Of a stretch of 64,000 nt of DNA, positions 60,474 to 64,000 are shown piece by piece. Every line of letters begins with the position of its first letter. The first letter of the stretch is position 1. Both the position numbers and the translations under genes were made by a program. Location: contig CBDFJG010000003.1 in the NCBI GenBank assembly GCA_965248445.1, positions 1,472,001-1,536,000 of the forward strand. Direction: 5' to 3'. Below the pieces are notes generated by a model. It had not been told where the DNA came from. It saw only the letters and a list, made by a program, of their open reading frames with translations, and ran no database searches. The stretch comes from Planctomycetota bacterium. GTDB lineage: Bacteria > Planctomycetota > JAJSAM01 > JAJVHW01.

Positions 60474-62519
60474 ATGACGAAAGCGATGCGTGGAGCGGTA
60501 TGGACGGCGGCGGCGATCCTGGTCGCGTCCGGGATCGGCAGAGGTCCGCACGGCCTCGCCGTCGGCGCCGAGGTCCTGAGCGAGCAGATCGACGCCCCCG
60601 ACGGCGAGGGCGGGGACATCTTCGGCCTGCACATCGATCTCGACTTCGACACGCTCGTGGTGGGCGCCCAGGGCGAGGACAACGGCAGCGGCGCGGTCTA
60701 CGTATTCGTCGAGTCCGGCGGGACGTGGAACTTCCAGCAGAAGCTCACTTCCGACGTCCGCTCGAACGACGAGGCATTCGGCTGGTCGGTGGACGTCCAC
60801 GGCGATCTGCTCGTCGTCGGCGCACCGGACAACACCGACAACGGGAACGACGCCGGCGCGATCTACATTTTCACCCGCATCGACGACACGTGGACCCTCA
60901 CCGAGAAGGTCTACGCGTCGAACGCGGGCATCAGCGACCGCTTCGGCCAGGCCGTCGGCGTGCGGGGCACGACCGTGGTCGCGGTCGCGCCGAACGAGGA
61001 CACGACGATCGGCAACAGCGGTGCTCTGTACGTGATCGGACCCGATGGGGTCGGCGGGTACGAGGAGAAGCAGATGGTGAAGGCGGCGACGCCCGAGCCG
61101 CTGGCCGGCTTCACAAGCGTGGAGATCACGGACGGCTACGTGGCCGTTGCGTCGATCCGCAGCGACGACGCCGGGACCGATACAGGATCGGTGCATGTGT
61201 TCACGGAGGACCTGGGCGTCTGGTCGCAGACCGATCTGCTCAGAACCGATGGCGACGACGAGACGACGCGGCTCGGCACGTTCATGTCCGCGGACGCCGA
61301 CACCGTCGTCGCCGCCGACGCAACGGGCAAGCTGCTGGTGTGGCGGGACGACGGCGGATGGTCGCTCGAAGCGTTCCTCGAGCCCGACCAACCAGACCGC
61401 TTCGACAGCGCGCCGCGTGTGGGTGTCTACGGGGACACGGTCGTGGCCGGCCCGACCGACACGGGCGGCAATGCACTCCTGTTCGCACGCGCGAACGGGA
61501 CGTGGTCGGCTGCCGGGCAGGTGCCGCTTCCGGATCCGGACATCAACATCGCGGACGTCGACATCTACGACGACAAGCTCGCGACCGGCGACAACGGGTT
61601 CGAGGGTGCGACCGTGAACTCGGGGGCCGCGTGGGTTCAGATTCCGATCATCGCCGCCGAACCGGTCGCCGGCGCGTTCATCCCGAAGAAGGTCACGTTC
61701 GTCGCGGACGCGGGCGGCGGCGGCGCGAAGAAGCGCACGGACCCCGGCGTATCGGCGAGCGGAACGCTCGATCTCGGTCCGAACGAGGTCGATCTCACGC
61801 TGCCCGCGATGCTCACGGTCGGTGGCGGGATGTACGACCTGCCGTCGGGCCTCACCGAGTCGAGCGACGGCAAGAAGTTCACCGCGGAACTGGATCTCGG
61901 TGGTGACGAGTCGCTGTTCTTCGAGATCAAGCCGGACAAGAAGGGCAAGTCGAGCGCGGACTTCGAGATCGAACTCGATGACGCGCTCCCGATCGCGGTC
62001 GGAGGCTTCCTCGACCTCGTGTTCGAGAACGACGACGTGACGGCGGTCGGCCGCGTGGTGATGACCGACTTCGAGTACAAGCGCGAGAAGATCCGCGGCA
62101 CCGTCGTCATGCCCGTGGCCAGCATCAAGAAGTTGAAGACGAAGATCAAGACAGAGAGTCAGAGCGACGATCCGAAGGACTCGGTCACCGTGACGTTCCG
62201 CTTCGCGACCGACGGCACGACGCCCGCAACGGCGCCCGATCTCAAGTTCCAGTACGGCGGCTTCGAGCAGATCCTGCCCGGCGGCGAGTTCACGCTGAAG
62301 AAGGACAAGTTCACGTGGAAGGGCGACGCGCCCGGCGTGACGAAGGCGACCATCGACTACAAGAAGGAGCAGATCAAGGTCACGGCGAAGGAGCTCTTCT
62401 TCGACCTCGAGGACGACTTGGACCAAAACGTCTCCGCGACGGTGACGATCTCACTCGACGACGACGGCCGCGCCGTGTCGGTCCGCGCCCACCAGAAGAA
62501 CAAGAACGTCAAGTACTGA
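60474..62519 (+). CDS. Secreted FG-GAP repeat protein with an unrecognised beta-rich C-terminal domain
   Basis: FG..vd.dgD.lvVGA..G.vYvF repeats; GGAGG RBS. Confidence 0.87.
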   Translation: MTKAMRGAVWTAAAILVASGIGRGPHGLAVGAEVLSEQIDAPDGEGGDIFGLHIDLDFDTLVVGAQGEDNGSGAVYVFVESGGTWNFQQKLTSDVRSNDEAFGWSVDVHGDLLVVGAPDNTDNGNDAGAIYIFTRIDDTWTLTEKVYASNAGISDRFGQAVGVRGTTVVAVAPNEDTTIGNSGALYVIGPDGVGGYEEKQMVKAATPEPLAGFTSVEITDGYVAVASIRSDDAGTDTGSVHVFTEDLGVWSQTDLLRTDGDDETTRLGTFMSADADTVVAADATGKLLVWRDDGGWSLEAFLEPDQPDRFDSAPRVGVYGDTVVAGPTDTGGNALLFARANGTWSAAGQVPLPDPDINIADVDIYDDKLATGDNGFEGATVNSGAAWVQIPIIAAEPVAGAFIPKKVTFVADAGGGGAKKRTDPGVSASGTLDLGPNEVDLTLPAMLTVGGGMYDLPSGLTESSDGKKFTAELDLGGDESLFFEIKPDKKGKSSADFEIELDDALPIAVGGFLDLVFENDDVTAVGRVVMTDFEYKREKIRGTVVMPVASIKKLKTKIKTESQSDDPKDSVTVTFRFATDGTTPATAPDLKFQYGGFEQILPGGEFTLKKDKFTWKGDAPGVTKATIDYKKEQIKVTAKELFFDLEDDLDQNVSATVTISLDDDGRAVSVRAHQKNKNVKY

Positions 62520-62550
62520 CCTCAGCCTGGCCGCGCCAGCCCGGTACTCG

Positions 62551-63846
62551 CTACCGCGGCGCCGACGCGGCGCGCCCGCCACTCGGTCGCCCGCGGAGTG
62601 CACGAACGGGCGCGCTGCCCGGACGCTTAGCGATCTGAAAACCGGCGTCGTAGAGGGCACGCTCGACGGCGTCGGCATTCCGCGGTCCGCGGGTCTCGAG
62701 AAACAGCTCGACTTCGACGATTCCGATGGGCAGCCCGGGGACATCGCGACGGTCCGTGATGTGAAGCACGTTGACCTCGTGCTGGCCCAGCAGCTCGAAG
62801 AGCCCGGCCATCTGCCGCGGCCGCGCGCCCCGCACGTCCGGAAGCCGGACTGCAATCCGCAGATGACGCCGGTCCTCCGCCAGCGCCCGTCGCACGTAGC
62901 GCGACTTCGCGAACGTGTCGATGTTGCCGCCCGAGACGATCGCGACCGCGGGTCCGAGCGGCAGACCGACCTCTGCTGCGAGAAGCGCGGCAATCGGGGC
63001 GGCCCCCGCCGGCTCGGCACAGACGTGAGCATGTTCGTCCATGTAGAGGACGGCACGGCACAGATCCACCTCGGACACCGTGACCATGTCGTCCACACAC
63101 TTCTGGATCACGTCGTAGGTCCGCTCGCCGACGAGTTGGACATTGATGCCGTCGGCGATCGTCGCCGACTGTTCGCACGGCAGACGCCGACCGGCATGAA
63201 ACGACCGAACGGCCGAGTCGGCACCGGCAGCCTGCACGCCGATCACGCGGACTTCCGGTCGCAGTGACTTGACCGCGACGGCGATACCTGAGATCAGACC
63301 GCCTCCGCCGACGGGCACGATGATCGAACGCACGTCCGGCAGCTGTCGCAGCACTTCGAGCGCGATCGTCCCCTGCCCGGCCATGACGCGATCGTCATCG
63401 AACGCGTGCACGAGCGTTCCACCCTCCTCCTCGTGCAACTCACGGGCGTACGCTGCGGCGTCGTCGTATGTCGCGCCGTGCAGCACGATCTCGGCGCCGT
63501 ATCCGGCGGTCGCCTCCTGCTTGGTGATCGGCGCGTACTCCGGCATCACGATGCGCGCGCGGACGCCGAGCGACCCAGCCGCGAGCGCGACGCCCTGAGC
63601 GTGATTACCTGCCGAGGCCGCGATGATCCCGCGTGCTCGCTCCTGTTCCGTCATCGCGAAGATGCGCGAGACCGCCCCGCGCACCTTGAAGCTGCCAGTG
63701 CGCTGCAGCATCTCGAGTTTGAGGTGCACCTTCGCGTGCGTCGGCAGCCGGGCGTTCAGACTGGACGGATAGTGGAGCGGCGTCTCCCGGAACCGCCCCA
63801 CGCCGCGCAGACGGTCAGCCTCGCGGATCTGCTCGAGCGTGACCAT
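62551..63846 (-). CDS. ilvA: Threonine ammonia-lyase (PLP-dependent) with a C-terminal ACT-like domain
   Basis: TGSFKVRG, SAGNHAQG, VGGGGL and SGGNID motifs. Confidence 0.9.
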   Translation of the reverse strand: MVTLEQIREADRLRGVGRFRETPLHYPSSLNARLPTHAKVHLKLEMLQRTGSFKVRGAVSRIFAMTEQERARGIIAASAGNHAQGVALAAGSLGVRARIVMPEYAPITKQEATAGYGAEIVLHGATYDDAAAYARELHEEEGGTLVHAFDDDRVMAGQGTIALEVLRQLPDVRSIIVPVGGGGLISGIAVAVKSLRPEVRVIGVQAAGADSAVRSFHAGRRLPCEQSATIADGINVQLVGERTYDVIQKCVDDMVTVSEVDLCRAVLYMDEHAHVCAEPAGAAPIAALLAAEVGLPLGPAVAIVSGGNIDTFAKSRYVRRALAEDRRHLRIAVRLPDVRGARPRQMAGLFELLGQHEVNVLHITDRRDVPGLPIGIVEVELFLETRGPRNADAVERALYDAGFQIAKRPGSAPVRALRGRPSGGRAASAPR

Positions 63847-63950
63847 CTACTGAACCCTCCATCAATGGATGGAGTCTGGGGCCTCCAGCTTTCGGCTCGT
63901 CCCGGTCCGCGAGCCTGACAGGCTGCGGCCGAAACGCTACGTAGGCGGCG

Positions 63951-64000
63951 TCACGGCTGCTCGAGACCCTGCACGAACTGCGTGATCACCGCGCGCTGAC
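63951..64000 (-). CDS. 3' end of a gene entering from beyond the window
   Basis: Reads ...QRAVITQFVQGLEQP-stop; too short to assign a product. Confidence 0.4.
   Translation of the reverse strand, partial: QRAVITQFVQGLEQP

Noticed and set aside
1..64000. tRNA (including tRNA-Sec), rRNA, transposase or integrase genes
   Set aside because: No signatures recognised by eye; tRNAscan-SE or cmscan would be needed to exclude them.

Overview
This is a very GC-rich bacterial window. The abundance of HEAT, VWA, DUF1570-like and kinase-ATPase-TPR genes suggests Planctomycetota (inference). It holds two tandem Ser/Thr kinase-STAND ATPase-TPR paralogues flanking a frameshifted HNH nuclease gene, a swivel-first aconitase-family enzyme and leuB. 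It also holds two acyl-CoA catabolic operons, an M1 peptidase, two YfhO genes and a B12 mutase cluster (icmF-mutA-mutB-meaB). Several secreted DUF1570-like, HEAT and VWA proteins, LRR and FG-GAP proteins and a threonine dehydratase are also present. The main items missed by the ORF track are these. (1) A thioredoxin-like lipoprotein read through an in-frame TGA in a U-P-F-C motif, with a SECIS-like hairpin (58585-59061, candidate selenoprotein). (2) A ~310 nt multi-stem intergenic RNA candidate (22152-22458). (3) A K-to-R change at the catalytic lysine of one kinase paralogue. (4) A recurrent TANNNT-(6-7 nt)-start signature of leaderless genes. (5) GTAG-type REP hairpins. Several single-base frameshifts in short homopolymers suggest assembly indel errors, so single-base claims need read-level checks.
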